A stretch of DNA of 64,000 nt, from contig CALKGM010000003.1 in NCBI GenBank assembly GCA_938084675.1, positions 171 through 64,170 on the forward strand, read 5' to 3'. Position numbers and translations under genes: made by a program. The notes under the pieces are model-generated. The model saw nothing but the letters and a program-made list of their open reading frames with translations, was not told the origin of the DNA and searched no databases. Below are positions 32,494 to 41,305 of this stretch, in pieces. This DNA is from Candidatus Poseidoniaceae archaeon. Its GTDB lineage: Archaea; Thermoplasmatota; Poseidoniia; Poseidoniales; Poseidoniaceae. The first letter of the stretch is position 1, and each line of letters starts with the position of its first letter.

Positions 32494-33681
32494 ATGGCAG
32501 AGCAACAAGCAATTCTTGACCGATGGTTCCTCCAGCAGGATATCATTGATCAGTTGCTTGCCTCTGGTGAGGACAGAGAAGATGCAGAACAGTTCAGTCA
32601 ACGCATAATGGCGATTGCTGAAACTGAAGAAGCCGAACATCAGAGCCTTCATGACCCATTCGACCGTTCGGTAGCTTTGGTCATGTCTTTGGTCAGAGAA
32701 GAGGAATTCAACGCATGGGATGTGGATTTGTCGGCATTCCTCAAGGTATTTACTCAACGAGTCAAAGATGATGATGACCTGGACCTTCCAGCCTGTGGAC
32801 GTCTCATTCGCCTTTCATGGGAAGTACTTCACCACCAATCTGCGACATTGTTTGAGCGGATACAATCTCAGGATGCCGAGGAGGTATGGGATGACGATTT
32901 TTCCTTTGGATGGGAGGCTGAATATGATGATGAGGCTTACTTCTTTACACAATCTGTCCTTGAAGGGAATGCTGACGATGTATTGCCTTCGTTATTTGAC
33001 GGGCGTGTTCGCCGTGATGAAGGGCGACCTGTTACTTTGGGCGAATTACTCTCTGCTTTCAAAGATGCAGCGGATGACGCCGAGGCTCTAAAAATACGTG
33101 AAGTTAATCGCTTGGAACACCAAAGGGAACTCGAGGAGTATCTCGCAGATGTTGGGGCCAGGATGCACAATGAGGATCTTGAGGGCGACATTGAGCGGTG
33201 CTGGACGGCTCTGCGAAAAGCATGTGCTGAGGCCCAATCTCATGTGGTGCCTCTGGTTGATGTCATCCAGCATCTCAAGCCGATTCTGCAACGAACATTT
33301 GGAGAGCAACTTGGGAATGATGACTCCGAAGCATTTGTTGCCTCCTTTATTGCTGGTCTGTTTTTGACCCACCGAAGAATTGCAAGCATCTCGCAAGAAG
33401 GGGAAGAACTCAGCATGATTATGATTGAAGATATGTGGCCAGATATCACTTCTTTTGATGAGGTATTGGACCAAATTGAGCTTGTTATGCAACAAGATTC
33501 AGAAGGTTTGGAAGAGGAATCAACCGGTTCAGAGAATCGGATGAATGCTATTGCTGAGCGTGCGAGGATTGCTGAAGAAAAAGCAGCTCGCCGTCAAGCA
33601 CGGTTGGAAGCAAAAACCGAACAGAAACAACCAGAGGTTCCTGATGAATTCCTTGGTGAGCACGACTGGTTGGTTGAGTAG
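32494..33681 (+). CDS. scpA: segregation and condensation protein A (kleisin), enlarged by acidic insertions
   Basis: Lies directly after smc, with GAGGTGG at 32483-32489. It has the EEFNAWDVDLSAFLKVF motif, and scpB follows it. Confidence 0.72.
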   Translation: MAEQQAILDRWFLQQDIIDQLLASGEDREDAEQFSQRIMAIAETEEAEHQSLHDPFDRSVALVMSLVREEEFNAWDVDLSAFLKVFTQRVKDDDDLDLPACGRLIRLSWEVLHHQSATLFERIQSQDAEEVWDDDFSFGWEAEYDDEAYFFTQSVLEGNADDVLPSLFDGRVRRDEGRPVTLGELLSAFKDAADDAEALKIREVNRLEHQRELEEYLADVGARMHNEDLEGDIERCWTALRKACAEAQSHVVPLVDVIQHLKPILQRTFGEQLGNDDSEAFVASFIAGLFLTHRRIASISQEGEELSMIMIEDMWPDITSFDEVLDQIELVMQQDSEGLEEESTGSENRMNAIAERARIAEEKAARRQARLEAKTEQKQPEVPDEFLGEHDWLVE

Positions 33682-33693
33682 GGAGGTGCTTAC

Positions 33694-34305
33694 ATGACAG
33701 AATTACCGATTGAAACTCTCATTGAAGCAACCCTTTTCAGTTCGGGAAAATCAATGTCTGTTGCAGAACTCTCGACCGTCCTCGGTTATGACGAAGACGA
33801 GATGTTGGATTGCTTATATTCTCTTCAAGCAACCTTGCGACGCAGAAGAGGGGGTTCCCTCCAATTGGCTGAAGTGGGTGTGAGATGGGCTCTTGAGGTC
33901 AAACCTTCCATAGCATCTCATCTCCCTAAGGAAACGAAAACCGACATGCCTCCAAAGCTCCTCAAGGCTGCAGCCCTCATTGCATACCATCAGCCTATGC
34001 CTCAAGCACGGCTTGTGGAACTGCTCGGTCAGAAAGCATACGATTACGTCCGTGAATTGGCCCAACTTGGAATGGTTGACCGCAGGAAGGACGGGAATAC
34101 CAGGAGGCTTTCCACGACACGTCGTTTCTCCGAAGCCTTTGGGTGCCCACATACCGATCGGAAGAAGGTCAAGGCTTGGTTTAGGGAGCAAGTGCAATCT
34201 TCAGGCCTGCTCGACGAACTTGCGGACAATAAAGAAATTCTAAAAGAAAGCTCTGAGGAAGAAGGTACGGTACAATCATCGCTACCGGTATCCGAAAGCG
34301 AGTGA
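33694..34305 (+). CDS. scpB: segregation and condensation protein B
   Basis: IEATLFSSGKSMSVAELSTVL and a second winged-helix segment AYHQPMPQARLVELLG. GGAGGTG at 33682-33688 precedes the ATG. Confidence 0.85.
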   Translation: MTELPIETLIEATLFSSGKSMSVAELSTVLGYDEDEMLDCLYSLQATLRRRRGGSLQLAEVGVRWALEVKPSIASHLPKETKTDMPPKLLKAAALIAYHQPMPQARLVELLGQKAYDYVRELAQLGMVDRRKDGNTRRLSTTRRFSEAFGCPHTDRKKVKAWFREQVQSSGLLDELADNKEILKESSEEEGTVQSSLPVSESE

Positions 34306-34307
34306 GT

Positions 34308-35672
34308 TCATTTTTGGCGAAGTTCGTTGAGCCATTGTTCCGCCATTGTTTGGGTGCGGACACCTTGATGTTGTTGGATTCGTTGGGAAAGAAGTTCAAT
34401 CTCTTCGCCAATTGCTCCAGCACTAACTGCCATATTCTTTGAATGGAGTTTCATATGCCCGGCCTGGATCCCATTTGTCGAAAGTGCACGCAAAGCCCCT
34501 AGATTTTGTGCAAGTCCTGCACATACCATGACTCCTGCTAATTCTTGAGCGCTCTCAACACCGAGTATTGAAAGATTAGCCTGTGCAACCGGGTGTACTT
34601 TTGAAGCACCTCCAACGATGCCTACCGCCATTGGAAGTTCCATTGTCCCAACCAAATTCCCTTCATCATCTTTTGACCATTTTGACATTGAAGTATATCG
34701 CCCGTGTTCCAGTGATGTCCATGCATGACATCCGGCTTCAATCGCCCTCCAGTCTTGCCCACAAGCCAGCGCAACACTGCTGATGGCGTTCATGATACCC
34801 TTGTTATGGGTCGCTGCTCTAAAGGGGTCTTCTTCTGCGAAGACGTGTGCTTCTAGGATGCCATCTATGATGGTTGAGCCATCTTCATGTGTTCCATCGT
34901 TTGATAATTCTTCAGGGGTGAATGTAGCCTCGACTCTTGCTAGGCGATGCGCTGCTAGATTGGATAAGATTCGAAGGTGTGCTCTTCCCCCAGTTAGTGC
35001 CTCTATTTGGGGGGAAACTCGCTCTGCCATCGTATTTACTGCATTTGCTCCCATGGCGTCTCTGCAATCTACCAGTAAGTGGACGATGAGCATGGCCCCC
35101 ATAGGTGTTTGGAGTCGCCTGGTCTCTATGTCCTTGCATCCTCCACCCAGTGCAATCATTCTTGAGGGTATGTCGTTGCAAAACTCCATCAACTTCTCCT
35201 TTGCATCAGCAATGGCTTGTTCAGCGTGATCCATGTCTTCTACTTCGAGAACTTGGAGTTGGCCAATCATGACGGGTTGGTCGTTATTGGTTCGGAAGCC
35301 GCCCTTTGCAAGGCATCGTTTGGCCATGTTTGATGCCGCAGCAACCACACTTGACTCTTCCAAGCAGAATGGTATGATGTAATGGGCCTCATCGATGACA
35401 AAGTTTGTTGCTACTCCTACGGGGAGGGACATTGTTCCTATGACATTCTCAATCATTCGGTTTGCTGCATCTTCGTCCAACTCTCCATGGTGGGCTAAGG
35501 CTTCAACATGTTTTGGCTCCAGATTCGCTGCACTTGCTACGGCCTGGCGACGTTCTTCAACAGACTTTCGAAAGAACCCTTTGAACCGACTGTTTTCCAC
35601 TGGCATGGGGTTTCCCTCGCTTCCTCCTGAGGGCGCTCTTCCTTCAATGAATCGTTGCGAGAGTGTGCTCAT
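34308..35672 (-). CDS. hmgA: hydroxymethylglutaryl-CoA reductase, class II (bacterial type)
   Basis: ENVIGTMSLPVGVATNFVIDEAHYIIPFCLEESSVVAAASNMAK and DAMGANAVNTMAE fit class II HMGR. The track start is TTG 35681; I use ATG 35672. Confidence 0.9.
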   Translation of the reverse strand: MSTLSQRFIEGRAPSGGSEGNPMPVENSRFKGFFRKSVEERRQAVASAANLEPKHVEALAHHGELDEDAANRMIENVIGTMSLPVGVATNFVIDEAHYIIPFCLEESSVVAAASNMAKRCLAKGGFRTNNDQPVMIGQLQVLEVEDMDHAEQAIADAKEKLMEFCNDIPSRMIALGGGCKDIETRRLQTPMGAMLIVHLLVDCRDAMGANAVNTMAERVSPQIEALTGGRAHLRILSNLAAHRLARVEATFTPEELSNDGTHEDGSTIIDGILEAHVFAEEDPFRAATHNKGIMNAISSVALACGQDWRAIEAGCHAWTSLEHGRYTSMSKWSKDDEGNLVGTMELPMAVGIVGGASKVHPVAQANLSILGVESAQELAGVMVCAGLAQNLGALRALSTNGIQAGHMKLHSKNMAVSAGAIGEEIELLSQRIQQHQGVRTQTMAEQWLNELRQK

Positions 35673-35685
35673 TGATTTCAATTTT

Positions 35686-35740
35686 TTAACGCTTTTAACG
35701 CATTTACTAACGCGTTAATCCTGCGTTAATTGGGCGTTAT
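35686..35740. promoter_or_regulatory. dyad-symmetric array of three direct TAACGC and three inverted GCGTTA half-sites in a divergent promoter region
   Basis: TTAACGC at 35686-92 and 35695-701, and CTAACGC at 35707-13. GCGTTAA at 35712-18 and 35723-29, and GCGTTAT at 35734-40. Central palindrome TAACGCGTTA at 35708-17. Confidence 0.7.
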
Positions 35741-35846
35741 TCGGGTTCTAAAAAGCGATTCCGTCTGTTAATTAACATGTACTAACGGGCACTTTGGAAC
35801 TCTTCGTATTGTCAAAGATGATATACTTGGGGTTCGTTGTACCTAC

Positions 35847-37715
35847 ATGGTCAAAGAAAGCAATCTCTACGGCTTACCTTTGCTCTCCGAGAACCCGTTT
35901 TCAACACGGCCATTGGAGTCCGGGGAACTTGGGAAACTCGTTGGGCGAGACGCCCTCTTCACCATGCTCAGGAATTACGTAACACTTCGCTCGTCGAGAC
36001 GAATCTTGCTTGTCGGCCCCCTAGGGTCGGGGAGGACGTCTCTTCTAAGGTGCCTCACTCCTTATTCTGGGGAGTCTGCCTACATTGGCCACCTTTCTGC
36101 AAATGCTCCTGCTAAGAGCCTCCTTGAGATGATGTATCAGGGAATCATGGGTATCCAAGCGCCTGTACGTCGTGAAGAGGTTGTGAAAGGCCTTGTTGAC
36201 GGCATGTATGGGTTCGGGGACAAATTGCCCCTTATCGTCATCGATGTGCCAGCAAGCGACATGTCTGTTCTTAATGTTGCATTACGAGATACACTAACTG
36301 TCCTTGAACGCCTGAACGCTCTTGTTATCCTCGTATGTGACCAGCGACAGCGTCAACAGCTCCCTCAGGAACTTTCTATGGCATTTGAGGAGCATCGCCT
36401 CACTCCATTCACTCCCTCTGATGTCCTGTCCTTGGTCAAAAAGCGCCTTGCATCGGTTGGTTGCATGGACTCAGATTTCACGATGCAGGATGCAACACGT
36501 ATTCTTGAACAAACTGATGGTTATCCCGCTCTGGTCATCAAGGAACTGAGAAATGCAGTAGACTTGATTCGTATGGGCAAGGACATGGGGGTTGCAGAGC
36601 AATCCTTTGACACCTCGGCCAGATTAGAGGTAAGAGACGGCCCGTCTACACTTGACCAACTCATGACGGCACAACCGGAGGAGTATCCGGTCTTTGATCA
36701 ATCAACGTTGGTTGAAGAAGAGCCTGTTCCAATAGAGCCTCAATCCGAAGAGGTTCTTTCCGAAGACCCCTCAGATATCATCGATGCATCTGTCCCTTGG
36801 AACGAGCGTTTAGAACTTGAACAACAGGGTGATGAATCCGCATTTGGTAGCCTCTTTGATTTGGACATCGGTGCCCTTGATGAAGCGCAAGAACTGGACG
36901 AACCTCTGCAGGTTACTCCTTTTGAGACTCCCATTATTGATGCATCAGCAGCTCAAGAAAACCCCTATTCACTCCCTCCAGTTGGAAATTTCGGCGGCCT
37001 CATACGAAGAAATAAGGGCGGCCTTACAGCTAGTAAAGAAGAATCTGAAGGTGAAGATGTTCCTTCGGTTCAACAACACACCGTTGAGACCAATGCTGGG
37101 AATGAGTACTGGGTTGCCGATGAAAGCCCTCCTGTAAAGCAACCGGAGGAATTCAACGAAGAAGAATCTGCAGCCCTTATCCATGACGAAGTTGGTTTTG
37201 TTCATGAGGTCGTAATGGATGAAGATGAGGTGATCGTTGAGAATGACGATATCCATGAAGAGTTTGAAATTAATGAAAGTACTTCACCATCTTCGATTGA
37301 GGAAAAAGATGTCATGTCCGTCTTAGTCAAACTCCTATCTTCTCTTGAAACCTCAGATAGGACAAAATCATCATCCAGTGAAAGCATAATGGCTTTCTTC
37401 GAATCCAGGCGTAGGGATACACTTGGTCCGAAAGAAAGTTATCCGTTGGACAAACATTTGTTGTCTTCACTTTCACGTTCCGAAGCATATGTGGTTGGCC
37501 AAGCAAATGAACGCGATGTTTCGCCCTCAGACGAGCAGGTGTTGTCTTTCCTATCAATTAAAAGAGCCCGCCTTTCGCAAATTTGTAATCGTTTACTTAG
37601 GGGCGGTATATTGCAAGCAAGAAAAGTAGGGCGCCATCGTAAGTATGTGCTAACTCAGGCGGCAAGAGCGCAATTAGAAGCATGGGGTACCTTCCAAAGG
37701 AGTGAATCACAATGA
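35847..37715 (+). CDS. Orc1/Cdc6-like AAA+ protein with degenerate catalytic motifs, a long acidic insert and a C-terminal winged helix
   Basis: ENPFSTRPL...LVGRDALF...ILLVGPLGSGRTSLL (Walker A Lys replaced by Arg, codon AGG 36033-35). LIVIDV in place of hhhhDE. DGYPALVIKELRNAV where Orc1 has GDAR. The C-terminus LSQICNRLLRGGILQARKVGRHRKYVLT is wHTH-like. Confidence 0.6.
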   Translation: MVKESNLYGLPLLSENPFSTRPLESGELGKLVGRDALFTMLRNYVTLRSSRRILLVGPLGSGRTSLLRCLTPYSGESAYIGHLSANAPAKSLLEMMYQGIMGIQAPVRREEVVKGLVDGMYGFGDKLPLIVIDVPASDMSVLNVALRDTLTVLERLNALVILVCDQRQRQQLPQELSMAFEEHRLTPFTPSDVLSLVKKRLASVGCMDSDFTMQDATRILEQTDGYPALVIKELRNAVDLIRMGKDMGVAEQSFDTSARLEVRDGPSTLDQLMTAQPEEYPVFDQSTLVEEEPVPIEPQSEEVLSEDPSDIIDASVPWNERLELEQQGDESAFGSLFDLDIGALDEAQELDEPLQVTPFETPIIDASAAQENPYSLPPVGNFGGLIRRNKGGLTASKEESEGEDVPSVQQHTVETNAGNEYWVADESPPVKQPEEFNEEESAALIHDEVGFVHEVVMDEDEVIVENDDIHEEFEINESTSPSSIEEKDVMSVLVKLLSSLETSDRTKSSSSESIMAFFESRRRDTLGPKESYPLDKHLLSSLSRSEAYVVGQANERDVSPSDEQVLSFLSIKRARLSQICNRLLRGGILQARKVGRHRKYVLTQAARAQLEAWGTFQRSESQ

Positions 37716-38767
37716 GTTGGAATATTGCATGGTCATGGCAGTCAGAAGGAAGAATCGCAGCAATGGCTCCTCTTGAAGGTGGATTATTGGTGAGTGCAGG
37801 CCTCCAACTTACGATGTTGGAGGAGAACGGTGAACAACGATGGAGTGTAGAAGTTCCATTCAAAGTCCATGCTGCACAGGGTTCTCAAGGAATGCTCGGC
37901 TTGTTGGCCGCTCATGGTTTCTATCTTATGGATACGACAACAGGAAGCATGGTCAGCGAAGGTCGCAGCACTCCTGGTGGTTTTAGTGACCTTGCTCACA
38001 GGCCTGGCGGGGGGTGGGTTCTCGCAGGACGACAAGGGCAGCTGCATCTCTTTTCTCAAGAAGGCCGAGGAATTCGCCGTGTGGAAACCGGCCCAATCCG
38101 CAGGCTGGTTGGGTGGCTGGACCGAGAGCATCTTCTCTGGCAGGACCCTAGCGGTATGCTTTGGTGCGGTAGATTGACGGGTGAGGACCGAAAGCGAAAA
38201 TTGGAAGAACGCTCTTGGAGTTGGTGCTCCCGACTCGTTGAAGGCCGATTGCTACTCCAAAGTAGTGACGGAGGCATCTGGGAAGGAGTTCCACATCCCT
38301 TTGGATGGGATCAACTTGAACGCCTTGAGCACGAATCGATTGAGCCTATGGAGGCAGTCCGCAGTGGAGATGGCTGGTGGGTCTTGAGCATCGAAGGCAA
38401 CCTACACGCTCTTAGTTTGCCTCGCGAAGGTTCTAGCCAGGAATCTGCCCCTCTTGGGCTCCATATGGAACTCGGGGACCTCTTGGTATTATGCACGCCA
38501 GATGCCATGGCTACTGCAACGAGAAACGGGCTTGTTCGCAAATGGTCAGCCCCTCATCTTTCAGAGGCAGAGCGCCAAGGACGGTATAAAGCGGCAGCAG
38601 AGGCAGCCCTTGCGAGGAATTGGGACGAGCGACGTCAGTTATTTATTCGGGCGCAAGAGGCGGAAGATTTGGGTAAACTCTCACTTGCCATTGAGCTTTA
38701 CGAATCGCTGGGCAGAACTGAAGATGCTCGTCGTTTACTGCGCCGGCAAAAGGAGGGAGGCGAATGA
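37712..38767 (+). CDS. hypothetical protein with repeated beta-propeller-like (PQQ/WD-like) blades and a helical TPR-like C-terminus
   Basis: An ATGA overlap with the upstream gene. About seven repeats of the type GGLLVSAG.QLTML..NGE / GGWVLAGRQGQLHLF / DGWWVLSIEGNLHAL. Confidence 0.5.
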   Translation: MSWNIAWSWQSEGRIAAMAPLEGGLLVSAGLQLTMLEENGEQRWSVEVPFKVHAAQGSQGMLGLLAAHGFYLMDTTTGSMVSEGRSTPGGFSDLAHRPGGGWVLAGRQGQLHLFSQEGRGIRRVETGPIRRLVGWLDREHLLWQDPSGMLWCGRLTGEDRKRKLEERSWSWCSRLVEGRLLLQSSDGGIWEGVPHPFGWDQLERLEHESIEPMEAVRSGDGWWVLSIEGNLHALSLPREGSSQESAPLGLHMELGDLLVLCTPDAMATATRNGLVRKWSAPHLSEAERQGRYKAAAEAALARNWDERRQLFIRAQEAEDLGKLSLAIELYESLGRTEDARRLLRRQKEGGE

Positions 38768-39063
38768 AAGAATCACCAGATACAATTACCGTTGGTCGAG
38801 TAGAGAAGTATCTTGACATCACCAAACGGGCGAGGGAGAAAGCAACGCCAATGGTCGAACCCTCTTCTGCAGAAGGTAAGAAACTCAACACCATGCTACG
38901 AATGGCCGATGATTATGCATCGGACGCCCGTCATTTTCTAGAGATTGGGGACCTCATTCGTGCTTTTGGTGCAATAAATTATGCCCATGCTTGGATTGAC
39001 GCAGGTGTGAAATTATGTTGGTTGGACGGCCACGGGGATGATGTCCTATTCACGCTTCCGTAA
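38764..39063 (+). CDS. DUF357-family small helical protein
   Basis: An ATGA overlap with the upstream gene. DYASDARHFLEIGDLIRAFGAINYAHAWIDAGVKL matches the DUF357 pattern as I remember it. Confidence 0.55.
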   Translation: MKESPDTITVGRVEKYLDITKRAREKATPMVEPSSAEGKKLNTMLRMADDYASDARHFLEIGDLIRAFGAINYAHAWIDAGVKLCWLDGHGDDVLFTLP

Positions 39064-39069
39064 TTTGCT

Positions 39070-39453
39070 CTATAGCGATTCAAGAACGTGCATCCTTGTA
39101 CCTTTGCGAACTTCAAGAACCGTCAAGTTCTTTTCATAAAGACGGCGTTTTAACCCAGTGTCAACAGTAAGAGTTGCACACTGAAGTTCACAAGCCATTT
39201 GATAGAGAATGTCATCGGTGTGGCTGAGTTCTTCATTTTCGTTTACCAATAGGACTGATTTTGCTTCCAATAAAGAAAGAAGCAGACGTTTAGCCGGTGA
39301 CCTCTCGGCTTCTAAGGCATTAAGTTCAGTGAGAACCTCAGGGATAAGAATCCATTGACATGGTCCAATGAGCCGTTCCATTTCTCGTTCAATGTTGAGT
39401 TTGGCATCAACACATGCTACCCATCCGCAGGCGTCAATGAGCACCTGCTGCAT
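39070..39453 (-). CDS. PIN-domain protein of the conserved archaeal translation-cluster type (Fcf1/Utp24-like)
   Basis: MQQVLIDACGW begins with the first acidic PIN residue. It lies immediately downstream of eIF2-gamma, as in many archaea. The track start is TTG 39486; I use ATG 39453. Confidence 0.68.
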   Translation of the reverse strand: MQQVLIDACGWVACVDAKLNIEREMERLIGPCQWILIPEVLTELNALEAERSPAKRLLLSLLEAKSVLLVNENEELSHTDDILYQMACELQCATLTVDTGLKRRLYEKNLTVLEVRKGTRMHVLESL

Positions 39454-39463
39454 GATCGTAACC

Positions 39464-40702
39464 TCATTCAATAGTGCCGTAGCCAATCAAACGCCATCGC
39501 GAGCCAACCCGTCGTGAAAGCGAAATACGCTGTCCCTTGTCAGCGCATATTGGAAGCCTTAGGTCAAGATTGGTGCGAAGCTTCTCGGCATTTCGAGTCA
39601 CACCAACCGATGTTGCGGTAGCAACGTTAAGCATCAACATCTCGTTATTTCGCAAGGGTTGAATTTTTTCTGGTGCTTCCCCATCGCCTGCAACCATGTG
39701 GGACATAAGGTTGACACTGATGCTCACTGAAGTGTGGACTTCGGGGAGGTCTCCTTTACGAGCAACAACTTGGCCAGAGAGGTTGTCTGCCGTGGTAATG
39801 GAAGGGTCGAGAAGTGTTGCCATTCCACATAGCCCGCCTGCGTGCATAGCATCGAGTGTTTTTCCACCGCCCTGCATGCTACTTACGATTGCTTCAATGG
39901 GTTCCCACGTGGATTTGTTTCCGTTCTCTATTTTCCGTCCAGGTCCGATAATCACTTCGTCCCCTTCCTTGAATTCTCCTTCAACAATGCTTCCTCCAAT
40001 GACACCGCCACGAAGTTTACCGGGTCGGGTTCCTGGGCGGTTGATGTCAAAAGAACGAGCAACATGCATTATTGATCGCTTATCGGTTGAACGGTCAGGT
40101 GTGGGAATGGTTGCTTCAATTGCATCGATCAGAATGTCAAGATTGACATCGTGGTGCGCAGATACTGGAATCACTGGTGCGGACTCAGCAATGGTGCCCT
40201 TGAGGAACGTCATAATCTCCTGATGGGACTCTAGTGCCCGTTCTCGTGAAACGAGGTCAATTTTATTCTGGACAATTACGATATTTTCAATTCCAGCGAT
40301 CTCAAGAGCCATCAGATGCTCACGGGTCTGAGGTTGTGGGCAAGTTTCGTTTGCAGCGACCATGAGCATAGCGCCGTCCATGATTGATGCACCGGTAATC
40401 ATGATGGCCATCAGTGTCTCGTGGCCAGGAGCGTCAACAAAGGATACGACTCGCTCTAGTTCTTCAGCGACGTCTTTTGAACCGTCAGGGCGCTTGCCAG
40501 TAGCGTAATATTGTCCTTTGTCGTCCTTGTAGAATGCAGTGTCAGCGTAACCGAGTTTAATTGAGATACCACGTTTCCGTTCTTCGGAATGTGTATCGGT
40601 CCAAATTCCTGAAAGGGCTTGGGTTAGGGTTGTTTTTCCGTGGTCAACGTGGCCGACAAGGCCGATGTTGACTTCAGGTTGTGCGGGAAGCTCTCTTGCC
40701 AT
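39464..40702 (-). CDS. eif2g: translation initiation factor 2 subunit gamma
   Basis: NIGLVGHVDHGKTTL (G1), DAPGHE (G3) and NKIDL (G4), followed by domains II and III. Confidence 0.95.
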   Translation of the reverse strand: MARELPAQPEVNIGLVGHVDHGKTTLTQALSGIWTDTHSEERKRGISIKLGYADTAFYKDDKGQYYATGKRPDGSKDVAEELERVVSFVDAPGHETLMAIMITGASIMDGAMLMVAANETCPQPQTREHLMALEIAGIENIVIVQNKIDLVSRERALESHQEIMTFLKGTIAESAPVIPVSAHHDVNLDILIDAIEATIPTPDRSTDKRSIMHVARSFDINRPGTRPGKLRGGVIGGSIVEGEFKEGDEVIIGPGRKIENGNKSTWEPIEAIVSSMQGGGKTLDAMHAGGLCGMATLLDPSITTADNLSGQVVARKGDLPEVHTSVSISVNLMSHMVAGDGEAPEKIQPLRNNEMLMLNVATATSVGVTRNAEKLRTNLDLRLPICADKGQRISLSRRVGSRWRLIGYGTIE

Positions 40703-40740
40703 GCTTCCTCACCCTGTTGTTACGACGTCCCTCTCGGGGT

Positions 40741-41232
40741 TCACTCCGATGCTTCCTCTGCTTCGGTGGAAAGAATAGCGCTGAGCGACTTCTTACCAGT
40801 TTCTACAACCTTCAAGTTGATTTGACGGGTGTCTTGTGTAATGGTATTGCCTCGGAATGTGCGTCGACGACGTAGTCCATCAGGCTTGTAGCGGAATCGC
40901 TTCTTGTCTCCGCCCTTCTTCTTGTGGACGATGACTTGTCCTTTGTAACCTGTTGATTGTGTGACGAGGATGGACTGACGGGAGCCGCCTTCCAAATCCT
41001 TACGCAGAGGGGTTCCAGTTTTATCGGAGCCGCCGGTGATTTCTAGTTTGTAGCCAGAGAGTGTTTGTTCGCCTTCTCCAACGAAGATTCCGTCCACGAC
41101 ATCGCCGATTCGCTTTCCTAGGATTTGTGCGTGGTTGTTGCCTGTAATCTTCAATGAGTACGATTTTCCACCGTTGTCGGGGTTTGTATCATTGACTACT
41201 GCGACGAATTCGGATTGGTTTTTGCCGGACAT
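40741..41232 (-). CDS. rps6e: 30S ribosomal protein S6e
   Basis: GYKLEITGGSDKTGTPLRKDLEGG...KKRFRYKPDGLRRRRTFRGN. I use ATG 41232, because the longer track ORF overlaps cdc6. Confidence 0.9.
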   Translation of the reverse strand: MSGKNQSEFVAVVNDTNPDNGGKSYSLKITGNNHAQILGKRIGDVVDGIFVGEGEQTLSGYKLEITGGSDKTGTPLRKDLEGGSRQSILVTQSTGYKGQVIVHKKKGGDKKRFRYKPDGLRRRRTFRGNTITQDTRQINLKVVETGKKSLSAILSTEAEEASE

Positions 41233-41305
41233 ACGAGCACCTCTACGAGATGTTCCGACTAACGACCCGTATTTAGCCCCATCGTATGGTGCATTGGCTT
41301 GGATT

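Noticed and set aside
39070-39453. The PIN-domain gene read as a VapC toxin of a toxin-antitoxin pair.
   Set aside because: No small antitoxin gene precedes it. It sits directly after eIF2-gamma and S6e, which is the conserved archaeal translation-cluster position of the Fcf1/Utp24-like PIN protein.
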